DNA from: Neophaeotheca triangularis | Taxonomy: Eukaryota | Length of the DNA: 64,000 nt | NCBI GenBank assembly: GCA_054600435.1 | Contig: BAAIJX010000001.1 | Span: forward strand, 310,001 to 374,000 | Direction of reading: 5' to 3' | Made by a program: the position numbers and the translations under genes | Shown here: in pieces, positions 24,000-35,311 of the stretch | Numbering within the stretch: the stretch's first letter is position 1 | Layout: each line of letters opens with the position of its first letter | The notes under the pieces: model-generated | Told to the model about the DNA's origin: nothing | Databases searched by the model: none | What the model saw: the letters and a program-made list of their open reading frames with translations, nothing else

Positions 24000-26639
24000 A
24001 TGGCCGACCGACGAGGTGTGATCGTGCCTTTGCTCTTCCTGGCCTTCTTCTTCCTTCAACCGGGACCCAGAGCAGCACCCAACCATTTCGAGCATATCAA
24101 GCGCTTCGAAGATGTTGTCAATGAAGAAGAGCAATCATTGGAGCTGCTCAACAACTCCACCTGGAATGGTGGGACTGCGATACAAGATGGTAGTCTCAAC
24201 TTGACCGGTTTCGAACCTGAGAGGTCGTACTCTTGGAACACTCTGCCAGAGATCAAAGATCGAGCAAAGGATCTATTACGATATGCGCTACCGGACACCG
24301 GAGAGCAACTTTTGATCGGTCAGGATCCCGGACCGAAACCATACCCAATCTATCACAATGTCACTAGCTTGCTACATGGCGAATGGGTCCACTCTAGGCT
24401 TCAAGACAATATCTCCGTTCCCCGGCTGAACCTTTCCGAATACACACCAGAAGGGCCATTGGGCCCGAGGCGGGCTTGGCACTTCAGTCGCAATATCACG
24501 GGCGACGGAGGGTCTATGACTGTCCGTTTTAACGAGAAGGCAGCTTCACCCGAGCTGAACGGTGGGAAGGGGGTGGTTAACTACACAGAGATGAGTGTAG
24601 ACTTGAAGCTCTCGACAGATGACACTTATGAGGAATGGGATACGCGTCTGCGAGGCGTATACTTTACCCAATTCGGTCAAGCTATCTTGACAACTACCTC
24701 TGACAAGTTCGCTGGTATCTTTGCGCTGCCACATTTAACGCTCTCGGAGCCCAGTTTCGACATGGCAAGAGCTACTCTGAATGAATCTTTATCAAAGGTA
24801 ATCGAGATGCAGAGAAGCGGCTACCTCGACTCGCGACATCCATGGACCTCGAATACAGACGGTACTCCCGAGACGCAGTTTTCACCACCCCGCTGTGAGC
24901 TTGTTGTGTACTTACAACAACTTCCTCCTCAGGCCGCCCAACCTGAATACTCGACATGGTTGACTTTCCTTGAGCGCGAACTCCGATTCCCTACTGGTGC
25001 TTTTCTGCCGACAGCGCCGCCAGTACGCTTTTCGATGTTAGCCTTCTCCCCAGACTGTGGCTATGTGCTTGAATCCAAAGGAGAGCCTGAATATGCTCCG
25101 CAGCAAGGCGAGCACTTGGTAGGGCCCAAGATCGAGGCTCTTTACCAACGTGGCCGTCATCATCTCTTGCTGTTAGTACTAGCACTCGGACTGCAACTAG
25201 TCTTGTTAATGAGGCAAATGAGCGAGGCCAGTACGCCTTCTACCAGAAGTCGCATCAGCTTCTATACCGTTGCCGGACTGGCTCTAGGTGACGGCTTCAC
25301 CACCATGGCGTTTTGCTTGCTAAGCATGTTTCTTCCGGGTCTGTGGCTCAACTTGATTGCGGCCGCCTTCCTAGCATTTATGAGCGTGAGCTTCTTTGGC
25401 ATGCGGTTCTTATTAGATATTTGGACAGTGCAGGCGCCGGAAAGAGAGGCGGCTCAACGAGAAGAAGATGCCGAAGAACAGAGAAGGCAGGAGCGACTTC
25501 AGGCAGTGATAGATCGCCTACGGGCGCAGCGAAACGAAAGACTTGCTGCTATTCGTAACGCCCATTCCCCCGAGAACGAGGCTTCCGCTGGCGAGCAACA
25601 GGATCAAGACGCGAGCCAACCGCAACCTCCGACAGATAGTGCCGAGACCGAGATTCCTCAAGCTCCGACGCCTCGGAGTGGGGATGAGCCGCCCGCACCA
25701 GTAATAGCTCAACCCACGACAGATACAGGAGCGGCCCCCGTCTTCATTCCATCGGATCAGGAGGGGTTCGAGCCAGCCGCCACTGACACTACGCCCACTC
25801 GACCTGGCACCACTGGTACTGCTGCAGTTCGCACCGTCACCTCTCGCCAAGCCAGCTTCGGCTCTCTTTATACACGCTTTTATTTGCTCCTCCTTGGAAC
25901 ATTGTTTATCAGTCTGAATGCTGCTGGGTGGCCAGCCGGACTCCGCCGGTTTTACTTCACAGCCCTGGCACTTGCATATCTCTCCTTCTGGCTTCCCCAG
26001 ATCAACCGCAACACGCAGCGAAATTGCCGTCACGCTTTCAATTGGGAGTTCGTGATTGGCCAGAGTATACTCCGGCTTCTGCCATTTGCGTACTTTTACG
26101 GGTACCCAGACAATGTGCTGTTTGCCAAGCAAGATTACGTTGGTCTAGCTCTACTAGGCAGCTGGGTTTGGCTTCAGATACTAATACTAGCGTCGCAAGA
26201 GCTGATAGGACCGAGATGGTTTGTCAAAAGTGCGTGGGTGCCACCAGCCTATGACTACCACCCGGTTTTGCGCGAAGATGCAGAAGGCGCCACGCTCCCT
26301 GTTGGTTTCACTGCCGCGACGGCCTCGTCGGAGCCACCGTCATCTCCAACTGCGAGGCGTGCATCTACGTCTTCAGGCTCTCCACTCGCGCGCCGTGGGT
26401 CTTTGGGAAAGAAAGAAGCAGTGGAGAAAGGGAAACGTGTCTTTGACTGTGCGATCTGTATGCAGGAGCTTGAGGTGCCGGTAGTCGAGGAGGACGGCAC
26501 TTCAGGGGCGGGCGTTCTCGCGCGCAGGATGTACATGGTGACACCCTGTCGACATATATTTCACTCATCTTGTTTGGAGGGGTGGATGAAGTACAGGTTG
26601 CAGTGTCCTGTGTGCAGAGAAGGCTTGCCCCCACTGTAA
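24000..26639 (+). CDS. TUL1: Transmembrane RING-H2 E3 ubiquitin ligase (Tul1/Dsc1)
   Basis: Signal anchor, luminal domain (TTTSDKFAGIFALP, FSPDCG), multi-TM region with TPSTRSRISFY and SFWLPQI, C-terminal CAIC...TPCRHIFHSSCLEGW...CPVCR. Confidence 0.92.
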   Translation: MADRRGVIVPLLFLAFFFLQPGPRAAPNHFEHIKRFEDVVNEEEQSLELLNNSTWNGGTAIQDGSLNLTGFEPERSYSWNTLPEIKDRAKDLLRYALPDTGEQLLIGQDPGPKPYPIYHNVTSLLHGEWVHSRLQDNISVPRLNLSEYTPEGPLGPRRAWHFSRNITGDGGSMTVRFNEKAASPELNGGKGVVNYTEMSVDLKLSTDDTYEEWDTRLRGVYFTQFGQAILTTTSDKFAGIFALPHLTLSEPSFDMARATLNESLSKVIEMQRSGYLDSRHPWTSNTDGTPETQFSPPRCELVVYLQQLPPQAAQPEYSTWLTFLERELRFPTGAFLPTAPPVRFSMLAFSPDCGYVLESKGEPEYAPQQGEHLVGPKIEALYQRGRHHLLLLVLALGLQLVLLMRQMSEASTPSTRSRISFYTVAGLALGDGFTTMAFCLLSMFLPGLWLNLIAAAFLAFMSVSFFGMRFLLDIWTVQAPEREAAQREEDAEEQRRQERLQAVIDRLRAQRNERLAAIRNAHSPENEASAGEQQDQDASQPQPPTDSAETEIPQAPTPRSGDEPPAPVIAQPTTDTGAAPVFIPSDQEGFEPAATDTTPTRPGTTGTAAVRTVTSRQASFGSLYTRFYLLLLGTLFISLNAAGWPAGLRRFYFTALALAYLSFWLPQINRNTQRNCRHAFNWEFVIGQSILRLLPFAYFYGYPDNVLFAKQDYVGLALLGSWVWLQILILASQELIGPRWFVKSAWVPPAYDYHPVLREDAEGATLPVGFTAATASSEPPSSPTARRASTSSGSPLARRGSLGKKEAVEKGKRVFDCAICMQELEVPVVEEDGTSGAGVLARRMYMVTPCRHIFHSSCLEGWMKYRLQCPVCREGLPPL

Positions 26640-26960
26640 CAGTATCGCGGTAGATCTAGGTTTACTAGCATTTCACAACCGTGCATGCGAGGATAGTGAC
26701 ACAACAGTCTATTGCCAGACAGCCCCAAACTAGCGTGGAATTGATCCAAGCCAATCAACGGCCAGGTTGCGCAGCTTCCATCCCGGGCTAAGCGTGACCG
26801 AACTTCGATCAACCTAGGTAGGTATTAACCCCACACACATTGTTGATGTCGTAGAAGTGCGACGACAACAACATCATCAACTTACTCACCTCCCCTTTAA
26901 CCGTGAAGGTAGGCCAGGCACCAACCTCTGTTTCTCTCCTTCCTTTTTACCTTCTCCATC

Positions 26961-29018
26961 ATGTCTACTGAAAGCTCAAACGCCAATGGCTCGTCAGCTG
27001 CCGAGCTGCTCTGGCAGCATCGAGCCCCAAAAGAGACCAAAATGTGGGATTTCATGCAGAGGGTCAATAAAAAGCACAGCAAAGCATTTGAGGCGTACGA
27101 TGATCTGTACCGATGGAGCATTCAGGACGTTGCAACGAGCTGGGCTGAGATTTGGGAATACTGCGGTATCCGAGCCTCTCAACCGTACGAGACCGTCGTC
27201 ACCGATACCAACACGATGTTCCCCCGACCAATATGGTTCCAAGGCGCACGTCTCAACTTCGCGGAAAACCTGCTCTATCCTGTACAAGAGGTGGACGAAG
27301 ACACCGCGGCCGTGCTAGCTGCAACGGAGACGACGAGAGAGTCGGTGACTTGGAAAGAACTCAGGGAAAGAGTCCGTCAGTGTCAAGCAGGCATGTCAGC
27401 CTTGAAGCTTCAGGCTGGTGATAGAGTAGCTGGATATGTTGCGAATCACACCAATGCGCTGGTTGCAATGCTCGCTGCGACATCCCTCGGAGCTGTTTGG
27501 ACCGCAGTGAGCCCCGACACTGGTGTCACGGCGGTGCTCGACCGCATGCAGCAGATTGAGCCGACCTTGTTGTTCACTGATAACGCTGTTATGTACAATG
27601 GCAAGACACATGCGGTTTTGCCCAAGGTGCACGAAGTGGCTGCTGGACTGCCATCCTTGCGCGGAGTCGTGGTTTTCGAAACGGTCAAGGAGTTTGGCGC
27701 GGGTCTTGATTCGGTGGAGTTGGCAGAGAAGGTTTTCACATACGAGTCCTTCTGCACGATGCAGCAGTCTGCGGCCAAGTTACGTTTCGAGCAGCTCTCG
27801 CCGGATCATCCTGTATACATCCTGTACTCCTCTGGGACAACGGGGGCACCGAAGTGTATCGTTCATGGAGCAGTAGGAACCTTGTTACAACATAAAAAGG
27901 AACACATTATACAAAGCGATATTCGTCCGAGGGATCGTCTGTTTTATTTCACCACTTGCACTTGGATGATGTGGCATTGGCTCATCTCAGGCCTAGCTTC
28001 AGGCGCCACTCTGGTCCTTTATGATGGGTCGCCGTTCCAATATCGCTCTCCAAATGGTGAATCTGTCAAGGACGATCTGGCCATGCCTCGCCTGATCGAG
28101 GAGCTGAGAATCAGTCAGTTTGGCACATCTGCCAAGTATCTCTCCGTTTTGGAGCAAAAGAACATCCTTCCCAAAGAGCAATCCTTGCCCATGCAGTCGC
28201 TTAAGGCGATATACTCAACAGGGTCCCCCCTTGCACCTTCGACCTTTGACTACGTTTACCGTGCTTTTGGCCCCGACATCAACCTTGGTTCCATCACGGG
28301 AGGCACGGACATCATCTCGCTCTTCGGCGCGCCGTGTCCACTGCATCCAGTGTACAAGGGCGAAGTCCAGGTACTTGGTCTAGGCATGGCCGTTGAAGCC
28401 TGGGATTTTGAGGGTAAGAATGTCTCGACAACTGGGGAGCCAGGAGATCTGGTCTGCGTCAAACCGTTCCCATGCCAGCCCGTGGGCTTCTGGGGCCCGA
28501 CAGGAGAGTCCAAGTACAAGAGCAGTTATTTCGAAACCTTCGAAGGCGTATGGCATCACGGGGATTTCATACGCTTCAACCCCGAGACAGGCGGGTTGTA
28601 CATGCTCGGCCGCTCGGATGGTATCCTCAAACCAAGTGGGGTTCGGTTTGGCAGCGCAGAGATATACAACATTCTATTGAAGCACTTCCCCAATCAGGTC
28701 GAGGACGCGCTCTGCATTGGTAGAAGGAGGGAGACAGACGCGGACGAGACTGTGGTCCTTTTCGTCAAGATGAAGGAAGGCGTTGCCTTTGGCCCGCAAC
28801 TTGTTCAAGGCATCCAGTCGGTGGTGAGGAAAGAGCTCAGTGCGAGGCATGTACCGGGTGTAGTAGACGAGTGCCCGGACATTCCTGTTACCGTCAATGG
28901 CAAGAAAGTCGAAGGAGCAGTGAAGCAGATTCTCTCCGGGACAAATGTCAAGACTAGCGCTAGTGTTGCGAATGTTGGCGTACTGGAGTGGTATAGAGAC
29001 TGGGCGAAGACTCATTGA
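26961..29018 (+). CDS. Acetoacetyl-CoA synthetase
   Basis: WFQGARLNFAENLL, YSSGTTGAPKCIVH, WMMWHW, SITGGTD, WHHGD, GRSDGILKPSGVRFGSAEIY and NGKKVE. Confidence 0.95.
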   Translation: MSTESSNANGSSAAELLWQHRAPKETKMWDFMQRVNKKHSKAFEAYDDLYRWSIQDVATSWAEIWEYCGIRASQPYETVVTDTNTMFPRPIWFQGARLNFAENLLYPVQEVDEDTAAVLAATETTRESVTWKELRERVRQCQAGMSALKLQAGDRVAGYVANHTNALVAMLAATSLGAVWTAVSPDTGVTAVLDRMQQIEPTLLFTDNAVMYNGKTHAVLPKVHEVAAGLPSLRGVVVFETVKEFGAGLDSVELAEKVFTYESFCTMQQSAAKLRFEQLSPDHPVYILYSSGTTGAPKCIVHGAVGTLLQHKKEHIIQSDIRPRDRLFYFTTCTWMMWHWLISGLASGATLVLYDGSPFQYRSPNGESVKDDLAMPRLIEELRISQFGTSAKYLSVLEQKNILPKEQSLPMQSLKAIYSTGSPLAPSTFDYVYRAFGPDINLGSITGGTDIISLFGAPCPLHPVYKGEVQVLGLGMAVEAWDFEGKNVSTTGEPGDLVCVKPFPCQPVGFWGPTGESKYKSSYFETFEGVWHHGDFIRFNPETGGLYMLGRSDGILKPSGVRFGSAEIYNILLKHFPNQVEDALCIGRRRETDADETVVLFVKMKEGVAFGPQLVQGIQSVVRKELSARHVPGVVDECPDIPVTVNGKKVEGAVKQILSGTNVKTSASVANVGVLEWYRDWAKTH

Positions 29019-30143
29019 TGATCGAGGGGGCTCATGCTCGACAGACAGCTACGAATTGAAACAGCAAGATGGAGATGCCCGAGGGCCTGCCAACACGCAA
29101 CAAGTACACCTACAGTATTATTACCCAGGTCAATTGTACACGCTCTGGTGCATTCGCTCCTCGCAATTATAATGATGAGCACGCAAGTCAAGATCTGGAG
29201 GTGCGTGCAGTGGCCGTGGCCCATGCCTGCGCAGGGGTGGGCCGTGGCAGTCGGTTTGGCCCAAACGCCGCCCAGGGATGATGGTCCGCGGAGCCAAGCG
29301 AGCTAAGCCGCTAGCTTTCAGCCTTTGTCGCTAGTTCTCAGCCCTGCAAGGCAGATGATGGTAATCCGTACCTACATAAGTACCTTTTGTACTAGCAAGT
29401 ATCGTCTTAAATTCGGAGTCTCGGTAACTCCTGAAGCCGAGAAAAAGCTTACATGGACATCGACTTTTTCCCATGCCCCCCTAGTCTTAACCCCCTAACG
29501 TAACTATCAACTAGTGCTCACGTCAGCCCTGCGTGAAGAGGCTGTTACCTCAGTTGTCACTGTTCAGCCGAGCCATACCGGCCAGTGCGACTGGTCCCAG
29601 GGATGACGGCCGGCAAGCCATGGAGTGCTCCAAGAAGAACACACACATACCACACCACCTGGTTGCGACTGCTAAGCTAAGGTATTACGCCTGGTTGACG
29701 ACATAGCAGCCATCTCAAAACCGTTGCCACACAGTAATCTGGAACCTCCTGCAAATAATAATAACATGGATACCATACATCTTGGCGGGGACTATGATGG
29801 TACTACCCTGGCAAAACTTAGGTTCACGAGCCTGCCCTGTTACATTGCTAATCATTACGTGCACAAGTGAGCCTTTGGCGCCTTCGCTCGTTGCTTGCCA
29901 ACAACTCTGGCCACTACTACCTTACCGTTAAGTTACTCCTGCCGAGTCCCGGGTGGACTCTTTGTTTTGTCCTTGGTATCTTTCTCTCAAGAAGACAGTT
30001 GCGTTCTGCTGTCGCGTGCCCCCCTCGACCTCCTTCTTTTTCTTCTTTCTTTCGTTCCGGTTAACTCTTCACACAAGGAAGTCAGCCTGTATCATTAGAC
30101 TTCTGGATTTAGCAACTACCATCCAAGGCAGCATTGCGCAAAC

Positions 30144-31487
30144 ATGGGCGTTGGCGCCTTCGCAGAACCCCTGGTGGTAATCTCGCTACTCGTCGGCGGT
30201 ACTCTTATCAATAGGGAGCGCAGAGATCTTTCGTCCACGGGCTCGAAACCATGGGGCTGGGCCAAGCGCAACGAATCCAACAGCAGCTTAGAGGGGAGTT
30301 CAGGGCTAGGGACGCCTACAGACGAGGACGGCCTGATCAGCCCACGAGCATCATCCCCAGGACTTCTAGCGCAAGAGCAGACACACGGTTGGAAAAGACG
30401 CAGCGTTGGCATTTTTGGGTGGAGCACACATGTCAGGAGTCCGGATACAAAGCGGTTTGAGGACAGGCTGTTGAGCCGCGTGCTTCGCCGCTTACCGTTT
30501 CTGGTGGAAGTCTGGTACTGGGCTTTGATATACTGGGTGTACCAGCTGGGTCGGGCTTTCACGGCCGTAACTCTTCTTCAAGGGACAGTGGACATTGCCC
30601 GCAGGCATGCGCTTCAAGTCATCCATATGGAGCAGAGCCTGGGATTATTCGTGGAACTGCCAATCCAACAATACTTTTTGCAATTCCCTACCACGATGCA
30701 CTGGATCAATCGCATCTATTCATTCATCCACATCCCAGGCACAATCCTCTTCCTGATCTGGCTTTACTACTCCACCATTACCTCCAATCGGTTGTCCTCA
30801 GCAGATCCGCCTCGCAGTCCCCGTACCGACATTAGCGGCTCGCCTGAAGGCCCAGCTCTCTACCAAGCCCGCAGACGTACAATGGCAATGTGCAACCTCA
30901 TCGCCTTTGTCATTTTCACCGCCTGGCCATGTATGCCTCCACGTTTGCTCTCGGACCCAAACTACAACGGACCTGAAAATGTAGAAGCAAAGAGCTACGG
31001 CTTCGTAGACACCGTCCACGGTGCAACCGGCGAGAGCAGCGTCTGGACGCAGAACAAGTTTTGCAACCAGTACGCCGCCATGCCCAGCTTGCATTTCGGA
31101 TACAGCTTGCTCATCGGCTTGACCATCATCACGATCCCTCTCGCCCCCCAGCAGAGGAGGAGCTCCGCCGTCAGGGTTGGAGGTATCAGTTTGCGTCTGC
31201 CGTCTACGAAGAGAATGATGTGCGTCATCCTTGGCGCGGCTTACCCGACCATCATCCTGACTGCCATTGTCGCAACGGCGAACCACTTTGTCCTTGATGC
31301 TGTCGCGGGAGCCATTGTTTGCGGAATCGCGTGGAAGGCGAACAAGTTCTTGTTGAACTTCTGCCCCTTGGAAGATTGGTTCTTGTGGTGCTTGCGAATG
31401 CACAAGCCGCCGGTTGATACCGTTGATGTGTTGGAAGGCGGCGATATTGATGAAAAGGTCGCCGCAAAAGGCGTTCTACCAAAGTGA
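30144..31487 (+). CDS. PAP2-superfamily integral membrane protein (Aur1/Ipt1-like phosphotransferase fold)
   Basis: WPCMPPRL, YAAMPSLHFGYS and TANHFVLDAVAG motifs; multiple TMs. Confidence 0.88.
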   Translation: MGVGAFAEPLVVISLLVGGTLINRERRDLSSTGSKPWGWAKRNESNSSLEGSSGLGTPTDEDGLISPRASSPGLLAQEQTHGWKRRSVGIFGWSTHVRSPDTKRFEDRLLSRVLRRLPFLVEVWYWALIYWVYQLGRAFTAVTLLQGTVDIARRHALQVIHMEQSLGLFVELPIQQYFLQFPTTMHWINRIYSFIHIPGTILFLIWLYYSTITSNRLSSADPPRSPRTDISGSPEGPALYQARRRTMAMCNLIAFVIFTAWPCMPPRLLSDPNYNGPENVEAKSYGFVDTVHGATGESSVWTQNKFCNQYAAMPSLHFGYSLLIGLTIITIPLAPQQRRSSAVRVGGISLRLPSTKRMMCVILGAAYPTIILTAIVATANHFVLDAVAGAIVCGIAWKANKFLLNFCPLEDWFLWCLRMHKPPVDTVDVLEGGDIDEKVAAKGVLPK

Positions 31488-31798
31488 GGAAGGCGACGTT
31501 GTGTGACACCTGCATGCCCCCCTATTCGTGCATTGAATGTTTTCTGCCCGGGTTGGCAGAGCATTCCTACTGTAGCTATATGATTAATAATACTTTTTTC
31601 GTTCCTTGCATGGACGATAATCTTTCCTCGAGAAATTACAGCATCAGACGAGTGCGGGAGATTGCGAATGTGTTGTGAGTGTCACGCTGCAGTACGAGAT
31701 CCATTTCGAATCGATGCTTCAATCATATCTCAATTTTTGTCGACTACTCGCAAGATACTGTTTTCACAACCCACAGCCACATTATATTATCCGCCTCA

Positions 31799-32996
31799 TT
31801 ACATGACAAAGGCCGCTAGAGCAACAATGCCAAACAACCCAGCAAAGATCCCCTGAGATTTCACATCCGCAGCACCAGAAACAGCGCTAAAAGTCATGCT
31901 GGGCTCGAAGGGGTTGGTAGGCGAGGGAAGACCAGAGGTCAAAGCTGGAACCTCGGCATTCTCGACGTCTTCGAAAGCGGGCACGCCCTCACCATCGTCT
32001 CCGAGATCGTACTCGTACTCGTCCGAAGGGTTCAGGACCTGGTCGATCAGGTGCGCAACGCCGTTCTCCAGCAGGATGTTGGGGGTGATGATGCGGGCGT
32101 TGTTGACGTAGACGGCGCCGTCGGACTCGTCGACGGTGAAGTCGAGATCGTCGCCGGAGAGCGTTTCGAAGCTGCTGCCGTCGGAGATGTTGAGCGAGTA
32201 GGCGACATCACCCACGACGACGTGGTATTGAATCAGGGTGTTGAGCTCGCTGGTGGAAAGGTCGGGGATTGCGCCGCCGACTTCTGCAAAGGCCGAGTCC
32301 ATTGGGATGAATAGGGTGACTTGGTCGGCTGTCACGACGTCTGCGGTCAGATCGAGCGTGTCGACGGCGCCGGCGAAGTAGAGAAAGCCCATGTCCTAGG
32401 CCGTCTCGTTTGCCGGGGTAGGCGGAAGCATGACTTCGTCGATGATGTGGATGACGCCGTTGTCATATTCGAGGTCCTGAGTCATGGTCGTTAGCTCATG
32501 CCATGTTCGGTTGAAAAGCGACTCTGATACTAACGGCCTGTCCAATAGTCGACAGCCGCTTCTCAGCGGAATAAACGCCAGATCCCTCGACGTCACCATA
32601 GTAGGGGTTGACGACCAGGTCATTGTACGAGGTTGGGAGGAAGTTGCCCGGATACTCTAGTAGATCGGTGGACAAGTAAGCACCTCCGGGTACCACATGA
32701 TACTGCAAGATGTTCTGGAGCACTTGAGGCACGCTGTCGCTATTGTCGTCGACATCGACATCGTCTTCGTCGTCATTGTCGATCAAACCGAGTTCCTGCA
32801 GCGCTTCCTCAAAAGCAGAGTTTGTAGGGGCGAAGATCGTGATGCCGTCAAGGTCGGCCACGGTGTCGAGTAAACCAGAGTTCTGAAGGTAGGTCGCCAG
32901 CGTCGACAAGTCAGACTCCCCCGAGATGGCATCCGAAAGGCTTTGTCCGGAGACTGCGGCCGCAAGGGCTGAAAGGATCGCAATTGAGGCGTACAT
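31799..32996 (-). CDS. Two-fasciclin (FAS1) GPI-anchored cell-surface protein; intron 32477-32534; interrupted by an in-frame TAG at 32398-32396 (possible pseudogene allele)
   Basis: Signal peptide. Domain 1: TIFAPTNSAF, YHVV, NGVIHIID. Domain 2: TLFIPMDSAF, YHVV, NGVAHLIDQVL. GPI tail. The stop lies between the domains. Confidence 0.85.
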
Positions 32997-34487
32997 GGTG
33001 AATCTTGTGAGGGTATGTGAGTGGTATGATGAGGATACTGATGCTGCATTCTCAGTCAAGGGGAAGATCACACAACTTATATACCTTAATTGTGCTGCTC
33101 TATTGAACGGAGACCGCTCCTCTGGTCGATACCGTCCATGTCTTCGGCGTCATCATAACAGTACTGCTCCGTGGGCTGTTCAACCACGCCCCAACATCAT
33201 TGGAGGGAGTGGACAGTGCTCGAGAGGCCCTCCGCGCAGAGCAGGAATCTGGTAATCCATTGTAGAGGCGCAGTCACTGCGGTGATGGCAGTGCCAGGCA
33301 TCTCGTACCGATTCTCAGATCGTGTATGTCAGCCAAGATGGGGTAGGAGTGCCAGACTCAGACTTGTTGAAGCATGAGAAAGGCTTCTGTACAGATTGGG
33401 TAGTTCCGACGGATGTCGATCAATTGCGGGATAGCTTAAACCTTGCACGTAGTATTCGAGCTTTCCCACCATCATCACGTCTTGGCTGAAGAAGATAGGT
33501 AGAATGTGTGTTTGTTCTTTGCAACGTGCTTCTCAATCGAAGATTCTCATGCTAACGGAGAGAATGTACCTCTCGTCTCATGTTGAGGCGCGGGGATTGC
33601 GAGCATCTTGTGCTAGGAACGGAGAGGATTTCAGTAACCTACCTCAGGGGTCACGAGACCGCAGAATCCAAGTCACATACGCGCCGCGGATAAAGAGTCG
33701 CTGCCATGGATTGCTTAGGTCACAGCCTCAAGCGGTTCGAACTGCTGCGTTTGGCAACTAGTAAAGTAAGTGCCGGGCCTTCGCCTAAGAAGGCACACGC
33801 ACTTGAGGCTCTGACGCCTTGACAACGGTTCAGCCGAGACCGTTGAATGGGCGATTAGAGAAGACCATGATCTATAACCAATTATGGCGCCGTCCAGGTA
33901 GCGATGTACTGTCAAGCAGGACATTTTTGCCCGGGGGTGATACCTTGATCGATGTCCTGCAGGTTAGAGCTGGACAAGGAAAGGGAATGGACATCGGGCG
34001 GTCTTGTCTTTGCACTCCATCGACGACTGTTACCTTCTTTTCTAGGAACTCGTGAAAGTCTATTGTGCAAGAAAATCGTGTCTAAGAGTCCAGCAGATGC
34101 GAGAAGTGCTTCACTCGCTTGAAGAGCGTCTCGAGAGTCGTTGCATCCATTCCGCTGTATCTTCCGCGCTCACGGACAGGGAGAGCCTCTGGGTATCTAG
34201 CGTGCCGGTGCCGCCCAGATCCAAGATCTGCGCGACTATCGTTAGTCATCTGCCATCGTAATTCGATCGACAAGACTCAAAGAAGTCTGTAATCCTGCGT
34301 TAGAGGTAGTCGTCGCCAGAGCGGATTAGTATAATAGAGAGCGAGTGCAAAAAGAGCGGACAGGGCAGGGGAAGTCCAGAAACCTTGATGCTGGGACGGT
34401 AGCATATTGTTGTGCTCAAGGATAAAATTCAATTCACGTTATTTGAAGGCATACCCATTTCCACCAAGCGTGACATTCATCAACGCT

Positions 34488-35231
34488 CTAAGCCTTGGAG
34501 TTGATGATGTCCACGAAAGCCGGCTTCAAGCTTGCGCCGCCGACAAGGAAGCCATCGATGTCCTTCTCCTTTGCCAAGTCCTTGCAGTTCTTCTCGCTCA
34601 CAGAGCCACCGTAGATGATTCTCGTCTTCTCGGCGGCGTCGTTGCCGAGCTCCTTGCCCATCCACTCGCGGAGGGCGGCGTGCACCTCTTGGGCCTGCTC
34701 GGTCGTGGCCACCTTGCCGGTGCCAATGGCCCAGATGGGCTCGTAGGCGACGACGATCTTGCTCCAGTCCTTGACCTCCTTGGCGACGGCGGCCAGCTGG
34801 GCCATGACGACCTCGTTGGTCTTGCCGCTCTCCCTCTGCTCGAGGGTCTCACCGCAGCAGAGGATGACGCCAACGCCGCCGTCAATGGCAGCCTTAGTCT
34901 TGGTGGCGATGAAGCTGTCCTGCTCCTGCAGCACGGTGCGGCGCTCGCTGTGGCCGAGGAGGGTCCAGGTGATGTTGGAGTCCTTGAGCTGGTCGACGGA
35001 GATCTCGCCGGTGAAGGCACCGTTGGGCTTGTCGAAGACGTTCTGGGCGGCGACCTCGATGCCGGGACGCAGGTGCTCACGGGTCAAGAGGAGGTAGAGG
35101 GCTGGGGGCGCGACGACGACCTCGGTGTTGGAGTCGACCTTGGCGTCGTTGAGGTTCTTGACAATCGACTTGATGCTGTCGATGGTGCCGTTCATCTTGA
35201 AGTTGCCGCCGACGAAGAATTGGCGTGCCAT
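34488..35231 (-). CDS. TPI1: Triosephosphate isomerase, intronless
   Basis: FVGGNFKMN, LGHSERR, AYEPIWAIGTG, IYGGSV and GFLVGGASLKP; strong codon bias. Confidence 0.98.
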   Translation of the reverse strand: MARQFFVGGNFKMNGTIDSIKSIVKNLNDAKVDSNTEVVVAPPALYLLLTREHLRPGIEVAAQNVFDKPNGAFTGEISVDQLKDSNITWTLLGHSERRTVLQEQDSFIATKTKAAIDGGVGVILCCGETLEQRESGKTNEVVMAQLAAVAKEVKDWSKIVVAYEPIWAIGTGKVATTEQAQEVHAALREWMGKELGNDAAEKTRIIYGGSVSEKNCKDLAKEKDIDGFLVGGASLKPAFVDIINSKA

Positions 35232-35267
35232 GTTTGCGGTATCTGGAGTGTGTGATCCGATTGAGCC

Positions 35268-35311
35268 GTGTCGAAAGAAGAGGTTGTCGTGTCGAAAGAG
35301 GATGTTGTCGT
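35268..35311. repeat. Imperfect tandem repeat (GTTGTCGTGTCGAAAGA-like) in the TPI1 5' leader
   Basis: gtgtcgaaagaagaggttgtcgtgtcgaaagaggatgttgtcgtg read directly. Confidence 0.6.

Noticed and set aside
12540..32398. TAG reassigned to a sense codon (two in-frame TAGs seen)
   Set aside because: TAG is the normal terminator of U1-70K, TPI1 and FEX in this window, and no other gene has an internal TAG.
34430..34490. Cryptic peroxisomal PTS1 by readthrough of TPI1
   Set aside because: Stop context is TAG AGC rather than TGA CTA, and the extension ends in QIT. The native SKA end is at best a weak signal.
34407..35255. 282-aa antisense ORF over TPI1, and similar ones over the oxidoreductase, U1-70K and POL3
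   Set aside because: Expected shadow of GC3-rich codon usage on the sense strand; no family motifs.
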